This document shows, piece by piece, positions 10,211-18,863 of a stretch of 64,000 nucleotides of DNA; positions within the stretch are counted from its first letter, which is position 1, and each line of letters begins with the position of its first letter. This stretch comes from Fidelibacterota bacterium (GTDB taxonomy: Bacteria; Fidelibacterota; Fidelibacteria; Fidelibacterales; DSDE01): positions 32,001-96,000 of the forward strand of contig JBJKQR010000008.1 in NCBI GenBank assembly GCA_046735395.1, in the 5' to 3' direction. The translations under genes and the position numbers were made by a program. The notes under the pieces are model-generated. The model was not told the origin of the DNA, did not search any database, and worked only from the letters and a program-made list of their open reading frames with translations.

Positions 10211-13200
10211 TCAGTATTCCTGCCAGCTTTTGATGGTCAGGTCCTTTTCGCTGAAGCGGGTAAAGGCATAGATGAAGGCGGAGGCCAGGCGCGCATTGGT
10301 AATGAGGGGAATATTATTGTCGATGGCCTTGCGGCGAATCTCGTAATCGTTGTACAATTCGTCCTTGCTGAGATTTTTCGGAATATTGATGACCAGATCG
10401 ATTTTTTTCTTCTGGAGATAATCGAGGGTGTTGGGGTTTTTCTTCTCGTCCGGCCAGTGGAGCACGGTGGTCCGGATGCCGTTTCCGGCGAGGAAGTCGT
10501 GGGTGCCCTTCGTGGCGTAGAGTGTATAGCCCTTTTCCTGAAGCTTGCGGCAGCTGATGATCATTTCCACTTTGGAGCGCATGGGGCCGGTGGAGAGCAG
10601 AATGGATTTCTGAGGAATGCGGTAGCCGACGGAGAGCATGGATTTGAGGACGGCATCGTAGTAATCCTCTCCGATACAGCCCACCTCTCCGGTGCTGCTC
10701 ATGTCCACGCCGAGGATGGGGTCGGCCTTGGCAAGGCGGGCAAAGGAAAACTGCGAGGCCTTGATACCGATATAATCGAGATCAAAGGCGGATTTCTGTA
10801 CTTCGTTCACCTCTTCTCCCAGCATGATCCGGGTTGCGATGTCGATGAAGTTTGTTTTCAGAACCTTGGAGACGAAGGGAAAGGATCGGGAGGCGCGGAG
10901 ATTGCATTCGATAACCCGGATGTCATTATCCTTGGCCAGCAGCTGCATGTTGAAGGGCCCTGAAATATTGAGTTCGGCCGCGACCTGCCGGGCGATGCGC
11001 TTCACTCGGCGAATGGTTTCCACATAGAGTTTCTGCGGCGGAAATACAATGGTGGCGTCCCCGGAATGGACGCCGGCAAATTCGATATGCTCCGAGATAG
11101 CGTAGATCTTCATGTCCCCGTTCTGGGCAACGGCGTCGATTTCGATCTCCTTGGCCTCCTCGATGAATTTGGATACGACCACCGGATGCTCCTTGCTCAC
11201 ATTGGCGGCAAGGGTGAGAAAATGTTCCAGTTCGTCCCGGTTGCTGACCACATTCATGGCGGCGCCGGACAGAACATAGGAGGGCCGGACCAGGACGGGA
11301 AAATCCACCTCATCGACGAAGCGGTAAATGGCGTCAATGTCACTGAGCTCCTTCCATTCGGGCTGGTCGATGCCCAGGCGGTCGAGCATGGCGGAAAACA
11401 GATGGCGGTTTTCCGCATTGTCAATGGATTCGGCCGAGGTGCCGAGAATGGGCACATTCCGGCGATGAAGCCTCAGGGCCAGGGAATTGGGAATCTGGCC
11501 TCCGGTGGACAGAATGAGGCCCTTGGGTGTTTCCAGATCGACAATATCCAGAACACGCTCCAGCGTGAGTTCATCAAAATAGAGACGGTCGCAGACATCG
11601 TAATCCGTACTGACGGTCTCGGGGTTGTAATTGATCATTACCGAGCGGTAGCCCAGATCCTTGATGGACTTGAGAGCATTGACCGAGCTCCAGTCGAATT
11701 CCACCGAGGAGCCGATGCGATAGGCGCCGGACCCGAGTACGATGACGCTTTTTTTATCCTGTTCAAACCGGATATCATGGCTTCGTCCGCCATAGGTCAG
11801 GTAGAGATAGTTGGTCTGAGCCGGGAATTCACCGGCCATGGTATCGATCTGCTTCACCACGGGCAGCACGCCGAGCTCAATGCGCCGCTGGCGAACGGCC
11901 AGCATGTCACACTCAATGGCCTGATCATCGGAATTGAGGACGGAACGGGCAATCTGAAAATCGGAAAAGCCGCTCTGCTTCACGAGGCGGAACAGGTCCT
12001 CCGGAATGGCGTCCAGTCCGGAACAGCCGGCGAGCAGGGCTTCCCGCTCAATGATGAGCTGCAGTTTTTCGAGAAACCATTTGTCAATCCTGGTCAGGGC
12101 GTGAATACGGTCAATATCGTAGCCCTTCTGAAGCGCGTAAGCCAGAGCAAAGATCCGCGTATCGGTCGGCTCACTGAGGGCCGTATCGATATCATCAACG
12201 GAAAAATCCGGATTGCCGGTGAAGCCGTGCATTCCCTGGCCGATCATTCTCAGGCCCTTCTGCAGCGCCTCCTCGAAGGAGCGGCCGATGGCCATGATCT
12301 CGCCGACGGATTTCATGGATGAGCCCAGCGTCTTTGATACACCCTGAAATTTTCCCAGATCCCAGCGGGGAATTTTGCAGACGATATAATCCAGAGCCGG
12401 TTCAAAAAAGGCGGTGGTGGTGCGGGTGACGGAATTCCTGATTTCGTGGAGTCCGTAACCGAGGCCGAGCTTGGCCGCCACAAAGGCCAGCGGATAGCCG
12501 GTGGCTTTCGAGGCCAGAGCCGAGGAACGGCTGAGCCGCGCATTGACTTCGATGACCCGGTAATCTTCGGAGTCGGGATCGAGAGCATACTGAACATTGC
12601 ATTCGCCCACGATGCCGATATGACGGATGATGCGGATACTCAGTTCCCGCAGTTTATGATATTCATTATTGGACAGGGTCTGGGACGGGGCCACCACGAT
12701 GCTCTCGCCGGTATGAATTCCCAGCGGATCAAAATTTTCCATATTGCAGACGGTGATGCAGTTGTCGCTCGAGTCCCGGACGACTTCGTACTCGATCTCC
12801 TTCCAGCCCTTCAGGGATTCTTCGACGAGAACCTGGGAGCTGTAGCTGAAAGCCGTTTCCGCCTGGCGAAGCAGTTCCTTCCGGTTATTTGCAAAACCCG
12901 AACCCATGCCGCCGAGGGCATAGGCCGCGCGCAGAATGACCGGATAACCGAGGGTCTCTGCAGCCTTTTCGGCCTCACGGACCGTGGCCGTGGCGAGGGA
13001 ACGGGCGGTTTTTACATTGATTTCGTTGAGGCGGCCCACGAAAAGATCCCGGTCTTCCGTATCAATGACGGCCTGAATGGGGGTTCCGAGGATCCGGACG
13101 CCGAAGCGTTCGAAAACGCCGGATTTATGGAGCTCGATCCCGCAGTTGAGGGCGGTCTGTCCGCCGAAGGAGAGGAGGACGCCGTCGGGGCGTTCCCGTT

Positions 13201-13447
13201 CAATGACCTTTTCGACGAAGGAGGGCGTGACCGGGAGAAAATAGATGCGGTCGGCGATGCCTTCCGAGGTCTGGACGGTGGCAATATTGGGATTGATGAG
13301 AATGCTGCGGATGCCTTCCTCCCGGAGGGCTTTCAGCGCCTGGGAACCGCTGTAGTCAAATTCGCCCGCTTCACCGATCTTCAGCGCACCGGAACCGAGC
13401 AGGAGTACGGAGCGGATGGGGCCTGCGGTTTTTCCTGCTTCGGTCAT
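10211..13447 (-). CDS. carB: Carbamoyl-phosphate synthase large subunit
   Basis: GSGALKIGEAGEFDYSGSQA, duplicated ATP-grasp halves, NPETVSTDYD, C-terminal MGS-like domain. Confidence 0.98.
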   Translation of the reverse strand: MTEAGKTAGPIRSVLLLGSGALKIGEAGEFDYSGSQALKALREEGIRSILINPNIATVQTSEGIADRIYFLPVTPSFVEKVIERERPDGVLLSFGGQTALNCGIELHKSGVFERFGVRILGTPIQAVIDTEDRDLFVGRLNEINVKTARSLATATVREAEKAAETLGYPVILRAAYALGGMGSGFANNRKELLRQAETAFSYSSQVLVEESLKGWKEIEYEVVRDSSDNCITVCNMENFDPLGIHTGESIVVAPSQTLSNNEYHKLRELSIRIIRHIGIVGECNVQYALDPDSEDYRVIEVNARLSRSSALASKATGYPLAFVAAKLGLGYGLHEIRNSVTRTTTAFFEPALDYIVCKIPRWDLGKFQGVSKTLGSSMKSVGEIMAIGRSFEEALQKGLRMIGQGMHGFTGNPDFSVDDIDTALSEPTDTRIFALAYALQKGYDIDRIHALTRIDKWFLEKLQLIIEREALLAGCSGLDAIPEDLFRLVKQSGFSDFQIARSVLNSDDQAIECDMLAVRQRRIELGVLPVVKQIDTMAGEFPAQTNYLYLTYGGRSHDIRFEQDKKSVIVLGSGAYRIGSSVEFDWSSVNALKSIKDLGYRSVMINYNPETVSTDYDVCDRLYFDELTLERVLDIVDLETPKGLILSTGGQIPNSLALRLHRRNVPILGTSAESIDNAENRHLFSAMLDRLGIDQPEWKELSDIDAIYRFVDEVDFPVLVRPSYVLSGAAMNVVSNRDELEHFLTLAANVSKEHPVVVSKFIEEAKEIEIDAVAQNGDMKIYAISEHIEFAGVHSGDATIVFPPQKLYVETIRRVKRIARQVAAELNISGPFNMQLLAKDNDIRVIECNLRASRSFPFVSKVLKTNFIDIATRIMLGEEVNEVQKSAFDLDYIGIKASQFSFARLAKADPILGVDMSSTGEVGCIGEDYYDAVLKSMLSVGYRIPQKSILLSTGPMRSKVEMIISCRKLQEKGYTLYATKGTHDFLAGNGIRTTVLHWPDEKKNPNTLDYLQKKKIDLVINIPKNLSKDELYNDYEIRRKAIDNNIPLITNARLASAFIYAFTRFSEKDLTIKSWQEY

Positions 13448-14523
13448 ACTCGTTTCTCCTTTATCATCTGTATGAATTCATCAAAAAGAAAGGCTGTGTC
13501 GGTGGGCCCGCCGGAGGCCTCGGGATGAAACTGGGTGGAAAAGAAGGGCTTGCTGTGATGGCGGATTCCCTCCACGCTGCCGTCATTGAGATTTCGGTAG
13601 AGGACGCCCCAGTCCCCGGGCAGCGAGGATTCATCCACGGCGTATCCGTGATTCTGGGACGTGATATAGCAGGAGGCGCCGTTTTCGCGTCGCACCGGCT
13701 GATTGTGACTGCGGTGGCCGTACTTGAGCTTGTAGGTGTCCGCGCCGGCGGCCAGGGCCATGAGCTGTGATCCGAGACAGATCCCGAACATGGGCGTCTC
13801 GCCCTCAAGGGCTGTGCGGATATGGGAAATGGCCGCGCTGCACTGTTTCGGATCTCCGGGGCCGTTTGTGAGGAAAATGCCGTCAAAGGATTCGCTGCTG
13901 AATTCATGATTCCAGGGAAGGCGGATGACGGTGGTGTCGCGGCTGAGCAGATGACGGATAATGTTGTTCTTCACCCCGTAGTCGAGGAGGGCGATGCGCA
14001 GGGCGCCGTTTCCGTATTCGGTGCGCTGTCCGATACTGACGGTTTCAACCAGATTTTCCCGGGACGGGTCGTAGAGATCCGGTTCATCGCCGATGATGAT
14101 TTTGCCCAGCATGGTTCCGCTTTCACGCAGCCGCTTGGTGAGGTCTCGGGTATCAATGCCGTAGACGCCGGGCACCTTGTTCTGAACGAGCCAGTCCTGC
14201 AGGCTCTGTTCCGCATTCCAGTGATTGTACTGGAAGGAATAGTCGGAAATGATGAGGCCGTTCACATGAATCCGGTCCGATTCATAATGTTCGAAGAGAT
14301 TCTGTCGGCGGCTGGCGCCGGGGACGCCGTAATTGCCGATGAGCGGAAAGGTGGATACGAGAATCTGGCCTTTGTAGGACGGGTCGGTGAGGCTTTCCGG
14401 GTAGCCGGTCATGGCCGTATTGAACACGATTTCCCCGGAGGCGCTGGCCGGATATCCGAAGGAATATCCTTCGTATACACTGCCGTCCTCGAGGAGAATC
14501 CTGGCTGTCTCCGTCTTTGGCAT
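13444..14523 (-). CDS. carA: Carbamoyl-phosphate synthase small subunit
   Basis: GEIVFNTAMTGYPESLTDPSY, NGPGDP, GICLG, SQNHGY, QFHPE; start at MPKTET after AAGGG. Confidence 0.97.
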   Translation of the reverse strand: MPKTETARILLEDGSVYEGYSFGYPASASGEIVFNTAMTGYPESLTDPSYKGQILVSTFPLIGNYGVPGASRRQNLFEHYESDRIHVNGLIISDYSFQYNHWNAEQSLQDWLVQNKVPGVYGIDTRDLTKRLRESGTMLGKIIIGDEPDLYDPSRENLVETVSIGQRTEYGNGALRIALLDYGVKNNIIRHLLSRDTTVIRLPWNHEFSSESFDGIFLTNGPGDPKQCSAAISHIRTALEGETPMFGICLGSQLMALAAGADTYKLKYGHRSHNQPVRRENGASCYITSQNHGYAVDESSLPGDWGVLYRNLNDGSVEGIRHHSKPFFSTQFHPEASGGPTDTAFLFDEFIQMIKEKRV

Positions 14524-14836
14524 ATCACCCTTTCTGTATGTGTTGGGATTTGATGGCATATCAAAGCTGAATTTACCGTGTTTTGCCCGGAAATAAAACC
14601 AAAGAATATTTAAAGGTCCTGACGCAAGGCTGTAGAGTGAAATTAGGGATTAATGGAAAAGGATCGAGGGACAAGGGACACGGTCAGCCGGTGCCGGGGG
14701 CCGTATTCATAGCCGTGTGAATGATCGTTTCTTTCCCGTCTCCGTTTCGCTTCGCTCAGCTACGCCGCGGCAGGGAAGAAAATATCAAGAGGGTGCTGCG
14801 ATATTCCATAGCCGGACAGTTTCTCGTTTCTTCCCT

Positions 14837-14914
14837 GTCTACTCGTCTACCCGTCTACGCGTCAACTCATCTACGCATCAACACACCAACCCGCAAACCA
14901 TCTAACCCGCGAAC
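14837..14914. repeat. Degenerate 8-bp tandem array (about 10 units)
   Basis: gtctactc gtctaccc gtctacgc gtcaactc atctacgc atcaacac accaaccc gcaaacca tctaaccc gcgaac. Confidence 0.85.
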
Positions 14915-14933
14915 AATCCTACCTGCTTTAGTA

Positions 14934-15087
14934 TGTCATTGCGGGCTGTCATTGCGGACCTGATCCGCAATCTCTTGCTGTTATAGGCGTGGTGTGATGT
15001 ATACAAGATTCCGGTGTACAACAGAATTAAGGAGATTCCGGATCGCCCCGTCTTCGTTTCACTACGTCGGGGTTGTCCGGAATGACA
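14934..15087. repeat. Inverted pair of REP-like palindromes (REPIN-like), right copy with a nested hairpin
   Basis: TGTCATTGCGGAC-CT-GATCCGCAATCTC (14947-14974) versus reverse complement of 15032-15087, TGTCATTCCGGAC-[30 nt]-GATCCGGAATCTC; TGTCATTGCGG is duplicated at 14934 and 14947. Confidence 0.75.
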
Positions 15088-15120
15088 GTTTCATAATATT
15101 GTAGGCATGGGTTTATCATG

Positions 15121-15195
15121 AGAAACCCGCAAACCTGCAAACATGTCAACGATTCCGCTTCTACGCATCAACACGTCGGCTCGCGAACCCGCAAA
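15121..15195. repeat. Second degenerate 8-bp array
   Basis: agaaaccc gcaaacct gcaaacat gtcaacga; TCTACGCATCAACAC (15160-15174) is identical to 14870-14884. Confidence 0.7.
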
Positions 15196-15344
15196 GGGCG
15201 GTTTTATTAGACATTATAAATCCACGCTTCAAATCTGCCTGATCCGCAGCGCTGTCCCTCCTGCCACGAAAACCGGTGTGGTAAAATGTATCAGCAAAAT
15301 GACACATAGATGATGGAAAATTGTTTAAATAAACAACTTCCTGT

Positions 15345-15373
15345 TTGACAAAAGTTAACATTGTTGTTAACTT
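15345..15373 (+). promoter_or_regulatory. Sigma70 promoter with overlapping palindromic operator for the TA operon
   Basis: TTGACA-17 nt-TAACTT (TG-extended); inverted repeat AAGTTAACA-ttgt-TGTTAACTT at 15352-15373. Confidence 0.8.
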
Positions 15374-15378
15374 GCCTT

Positions 15379-15729
15379 ATGAGAGAGATACACTTTTACA
15401 GAAGCGAATCCGGAAAATGTTATATGGAAGAATTTTTGGACGCTCTCTCGGGAAAGGAGTTGAAAAAAGTATTCTGGGTTTTCGATTTGATAGAGGAGGT
15501 GGATGATGTGCCGACATCATTTTTCAGAAAATTGCATAATACAGAGGAAATTTGGGAAATTCGTGTTGGCGGAAGAGAGAAGATTTACCGGTTTCTGGGA
15601 TTTATTGAAAAAGGAAAGCTTGTAATACTGACACATGCTTTTGTGAAAAAAACGCAGAAAACACCCAAACAGGACATAGCCCTTGCGGAGAAGCGTAGAA
15701 GGGATTACATCAGGAGGAAAAGCATATGA
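15379..15729 (+). CDS. Type II TA toxin, RelE/ParE superfamily (Gp49/DUF891, HigB-like)
   Basis: IHFYRSESGK...EIWEIRV...YRFLGF...ILTHAFVKKTQKTPKQDIALAEKRR; toxin precedes HTH antitoxin. Confidence 0.92.
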   Translation: MREIHFYRSESGKCYMEEFLDALSGKELKKVFWVFDLIEEVDDVPTSFFRKLHNTEEIWEIRVGGREKIYRFLGFIEKGKLVILTHAFVKKTQKTPKQDIALAEKRRRDYIRRKSI

Positions 15730-16004
15730 GCGATGTAAAAAAATATAAAGAAAAAAGAATGATTACGGATCCGGAATTTGCTGACAACTATGAACCCGGA
15801 TATGAGACATTTAAAATCGGAGTACTCCTGAAACAGATGAGAGAACAATCCGGTTATACTCAGGAAGACTTGGCGGAAAAATTATCCACCAAGAAATCTG
15901 CCATATCCCGTATAGAAAATCATGCAGAAGATATTCGTTTATCCACACTTGAAAAATATGCGAAAGTCCTGGGCCGAAAACTTTCGATCCGTCTCGCTCG
16001 TTAA
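15726..16004 (+). CDS. XRE-family HTH antitoxin (HigA-like)
   Basis: GYTQEDLAEKLSTKKSAISRIEN...IRLSTLEKYA; ATGA overlap with the toxin. Confidence 0.92.
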   Translation: MSDVKKYKEKRMITDPEFADNYEPGYETFKIGVLLKQMREQSGYTQEDLAEKLSTKKSAISRIENHAEDIRLSTLEKYAKVLGRKLSIRLAR

Positions 16005-16341
16005 CAGCACAAACCCGGCTGGTCCGGTGCGCCTGACATGTTTTCCCTAATTTGTTCATTTACGAATCGCGTTATTCGACCGCAGAGAACGGATGCGCAG
16101 AACTCCGGTTGAGAAAACATCCGTTTCGGTTCAGCTCCCTGAACGGATGAAAAGTTCGAATCCCGAAAGGATCGGAGAACAAAAAAACACTTCCGAAAAG
16201 CCCGAATCATTCTTAATATTATCCCGTTGAATTGAGAGCATGGATTAAGGAATTGAATCACCTGTTTCCCGGAGGAGACGGTCGTGTGCGATGGGAATTC
16301 AGGGGAGGATGGCCGGTTCCTTTATTAAAACAAAGGATGGC

Positions 16342-16431
16342 ATATTAAGGAAAACGTATTTCGGTAGAGACGCAGTATCGTAGAATCGCAAGATTTTGCG
16401 TCTCTACGAATAGATCCCAAACATCCGACAC
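16342..16431 (+). repeat. GTAG-type REP element, copy A (carries both conserved flanks)
   Basis: GTAGAGACGCA...GCAAGATTTTGCGTCTCTAC palindrome; 16342-16408 matches 22231-22297 at 62/67 nt; 16387-16431 matches 21697-21741 at 42/45 nt. Confidence 0.88.
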
Positions 16432-16474
16432 AAGAGTGACCGAAGCGAAAAAAAAATAATAATAAGGACGATAC

Positions 16475-17566
16475 ATGAATCGAAAATGTGACAAAGTGCG
16501 GACAAGGCCGGAGGCCTGCCTGCGCCATCCGGTCCGAAACGCGAAGGCGGCGGTGCTGATCCTGTGTGTGCTTCTGGCATCCGTCCATCCGCTGTCGGCA
16601 GAACTTTCGGGTGCCCGGTTTCTCTTCTGGCATCCGTCGGCCCGGGCGATTGCAATGGGCGGAACCGGCGTGGCCGGCTCAGCACGGGGCTTCGAATCCT
16701 ATTACAACCCGGCCTTGCTGACAGATGTGGACCGCCTGGCTGCAGGAGCCTCCTTCGGTCAGCCCTATCCTGTATTCAAACATACGGTTCACAGTTATGC
16801 GGAATGCGCGTACCGGACGAAATTCGGTGTTCTGGCCCTGTCGGCAGATTTATTCTGGCGCGAAAAGCAGCTAAGAACAGATGAGGTCGGAAATAATTTA
16901 GGCGTAAGCGGTCTGTCTTTCAATATCTTCAAACTGTCCAACATCGTAAAACCATCCTATCGTCATTTCAGCCTGTCTTATGCAACGCGCATAAAGGACA
17001 ATCTGTCCATAGGACTAAATGCCGGCCTGCTTTTCGAAACGCTGGCCTCATATGGGACCATAATGGAAATAGGGAAACCATCGTCCAGGTCCGGACTGTT
17101 TGGCCTGGGAGCCCGAATCACGCAGCTTTTTCCCCGGGCCACGATTTACAGTGACGGCTCGCTGAGGGAAACGGAGCGGGGCCTGCAACTTGCCGCCGTA
17201 CTACAGAATCTTGGCGGTGATCTGATTTTCATTGATGCGGCCCAGGCCGACCCACCGCCCACCTATATGAAAATCGGAGTAAGCTATCTGCCGGTGGGAT
17301 TGAAGACGCTGAATCTGCTGCTGGCAGCGGATCTGGAAAATCAGTTTGATCAGGATGGTTTTGAGTATCTGCATTGCGGCGCGGAATTAAGGCTGTTCCG
17401 GCTGATTGATCTGCGGGCAGGATACTTTGATCAGCTGCAATACCCGGAAAGTTCCTATTTCGCCTTCGGTGCCGGAATGACATGGATGGGTATTTATCTG
17501 GATGTGGCCCGGTACGAGCAATCATTTATGCCGGCCTGGCATTTTTCACTGGGAGTGAAATTATGA
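16475..17566 (+). CDS. PorV/PorQ-like (UPF0164/FadL-type) outer-membrane protein; true start may be further downstream
   Basis: FLFWHPSARAIAMGG, YYNPALL, QNLG...DAAQADPPPT, LRAGY, C-terminal FSLGVKL. Confidence 0.85.
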   Translation: MNRKCDKVRTRPEACLRHPVRNAKAAVLILCVLLASVHPLSAELSGARFLFWHPSARAIAMGGTGVAGSARGFESYYNPALLTDVDRLAAGASFGQPYPVFKHTVHSYAECAYRTKFGVLALSADLFWREKQLRTDEVGNNLGVSGLSFNIFKLSNIVKPSYRHFSLSYATRIKDNLSIGLNAGLLFETLASYGTIMEIGKPSSRSGLFGLGARITQLFPRATIYSDGSLRETERGLQLAAVLQNLGGDLIFIDAAQADPPPTYMKIGVSYLPVGLKTLNLLLAADLENQFDQDGFEYLHCGAELRLFRLIDLRAGYFDQLQYPESSYFAFGAGMTWMGIYLDVARYEQSFMPAWHFSLGVKL

Positions 17567-17961
17567 AAAAAATCTATATGTTCGTTATGATCATACTGGC
17601 TCTGATGACGGGTGCCTGTGACGGCGATCCGATTGCTCTGGCGGGTTTTGACGGGGAAACACCGCTGCAGGATGGAGACCGGGTTCCCGTTCTGCTTGAG
17701 CAAAACTACCCGAATCCATTCAATCCAGTTACGAATATAGGATTCCAGGTCGGGATACCGATGACATTAAGCTTAAAGATCTACAGTGATGACTGGATCC
17801 TGGTGAAAACGGGTGTAAACAGGGCTGTTGACCCCGGAATTTACACGTTCGTTTTTGAGGCAATGGACGAACACGGAGAGGTCCTGCCCTCCGGAGAATA
17901 TTTTTATGTTCTGGAAGGCGGGGGATACCGGCTTATCCGGAAAATGAAATTAGTAAAGTAA
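17563..17961 (+). CDS. Small lipoprotein made almost entirely of a T9SS type-A sorting (FlgD-Ig-like) domain
   Basis: MKKIYMFVMIILALMTGAC lipobox; LEQNYPNPFNPVTNI...LPSGEYFY...RKMKLVK; ATGA overlap with the PorV-like gene. Confidence 0.8.
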   Translation: MKKIYMFVMIILALMTGACDGDPIALAGFDGETPLQDGDRVPVLLEQNYPNPFNPVTNIGFQVGIPMTLSLKIYSDDWILVKTGVNRAVDPGIYTFVFEAMDEHGEVLPSGEYFYVLEGGGYRLIRKMKLVK

Positions 17962-18020
17962 AAATGAACCGGAGACGGAGACAACTTCGGGATGTCTGCA
18001 TGAGAAAACAAGGAGAGAGA

Positions 18021-18755
18021 ATGGACAGATTGATACAAGTGCTGATCGGTGGCCTGCTGTGTGCGGGGCTTGCCTTCGGCCAGTTCGGTGAAGAGGATCC
18101 GCGGATCGTGGTGGATTTTTCCACGGGAACCGGTTCTCATCGTAGTGACATCATCAATCAGGATGTGTCCTTTACGGATTATTCCGGTGTTTTTATCCGG
18201 ATCAACAATGAGGAAATCCCCGTCAAATATCGTTTTGTACCGTTATTTTTAAATTTTCGGGCCGGTTACTTCATGAAGGACAATGTAAGCGCAGGACTTC
18301 GGCTGCAGTATTTTTCCATTCAGGAATTCACGGATTATCCCAGTCGGATCAGAGCCTATGAAGTGAATGAACACCTGATGCACCAGCTGAGTTTCGGGCC
18401 ACAGGTTGAATATTGGATGAGCCGGCGATTCGTGGTGGGACTGTCGGCCGGTGCCGGCTTTTTTCTCTCGCGGGGAAAACTTCAGCGCTTGTCCGTGCTG
18501 ACGGAAAATTATGACGTTGATGATGAGCTTCGGCTGTTTCTGGATTTGCAGAAGGATCCGGTTTCTCTGCAGGGATGGGGCTACGAATTTCATACACGTC
18601 TGACCTTGAATGGGGGCAGGACGATGCCTTTTATTGCATTTTCCTACCAGTGGGTGAAGGATGAAATTCAGGAGGACGGATCTGTACAGTACATCCGTGT
18701 GAGCAGAAATATGGATCGAACCGTGAATTTCGGCATTATGTTCAGAGTATTATAG
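18021..18755 (+). CDS. Hypothetical outer-membrane beta-barrel protein
   Basis: AGGAG RBS, signal peptide ending AFG, alternating hydrophobic strands, C-terminal NFGIMFRVL. Confidence 0.6.
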   Translation: MDRLIQVLIGGLLCAGLAFGQFGEEDPRIVVDFSTGTGSHRSDIINQDVSFTDYSGVFIRINNEEIPVKYRFVPLFLNFRAGYFMKDNVSAGLRLQYFSIQEFTDYPSRIRAYEVNEHLMHQLSFGPQVEYWMSRRFVVGLSAGAGFFLSRGKLQRLSVLTENYDVDDELRLFLDLQKDPVSLQGWGYEFHTRLTLNGGRTMPFIAFSYQWVKDEIQEDGSVQYIRVSRNMDRTVNFGIMFRVL

Positions 18756-18863
18756 GACGGAGAGCGAAAGGAGACGAAGGAGACGGTTTTATATAATCTT
18801 GTTCAATGATGTTTTCAATGAATCGGTATCAATATCGAGTAGAAAGATAAAGGAGAAGCGGGA

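Noticed and set aside
14560..14700. ARG box or attenuator upstream of carA
   Set aside because: No TGnAT-w4-ATnCA match or convincing terminator/antiterminator seen.
14837..14914. Tandem array considered as CRISPR
   Set aside because: 8-bp period with no unique spacers.
18768..18786. AAGGAGACG tandem duplication (GGAGACGG also near 16274 and 17971)
   Set aside because: Too short and too few copies to distinguish from chance.
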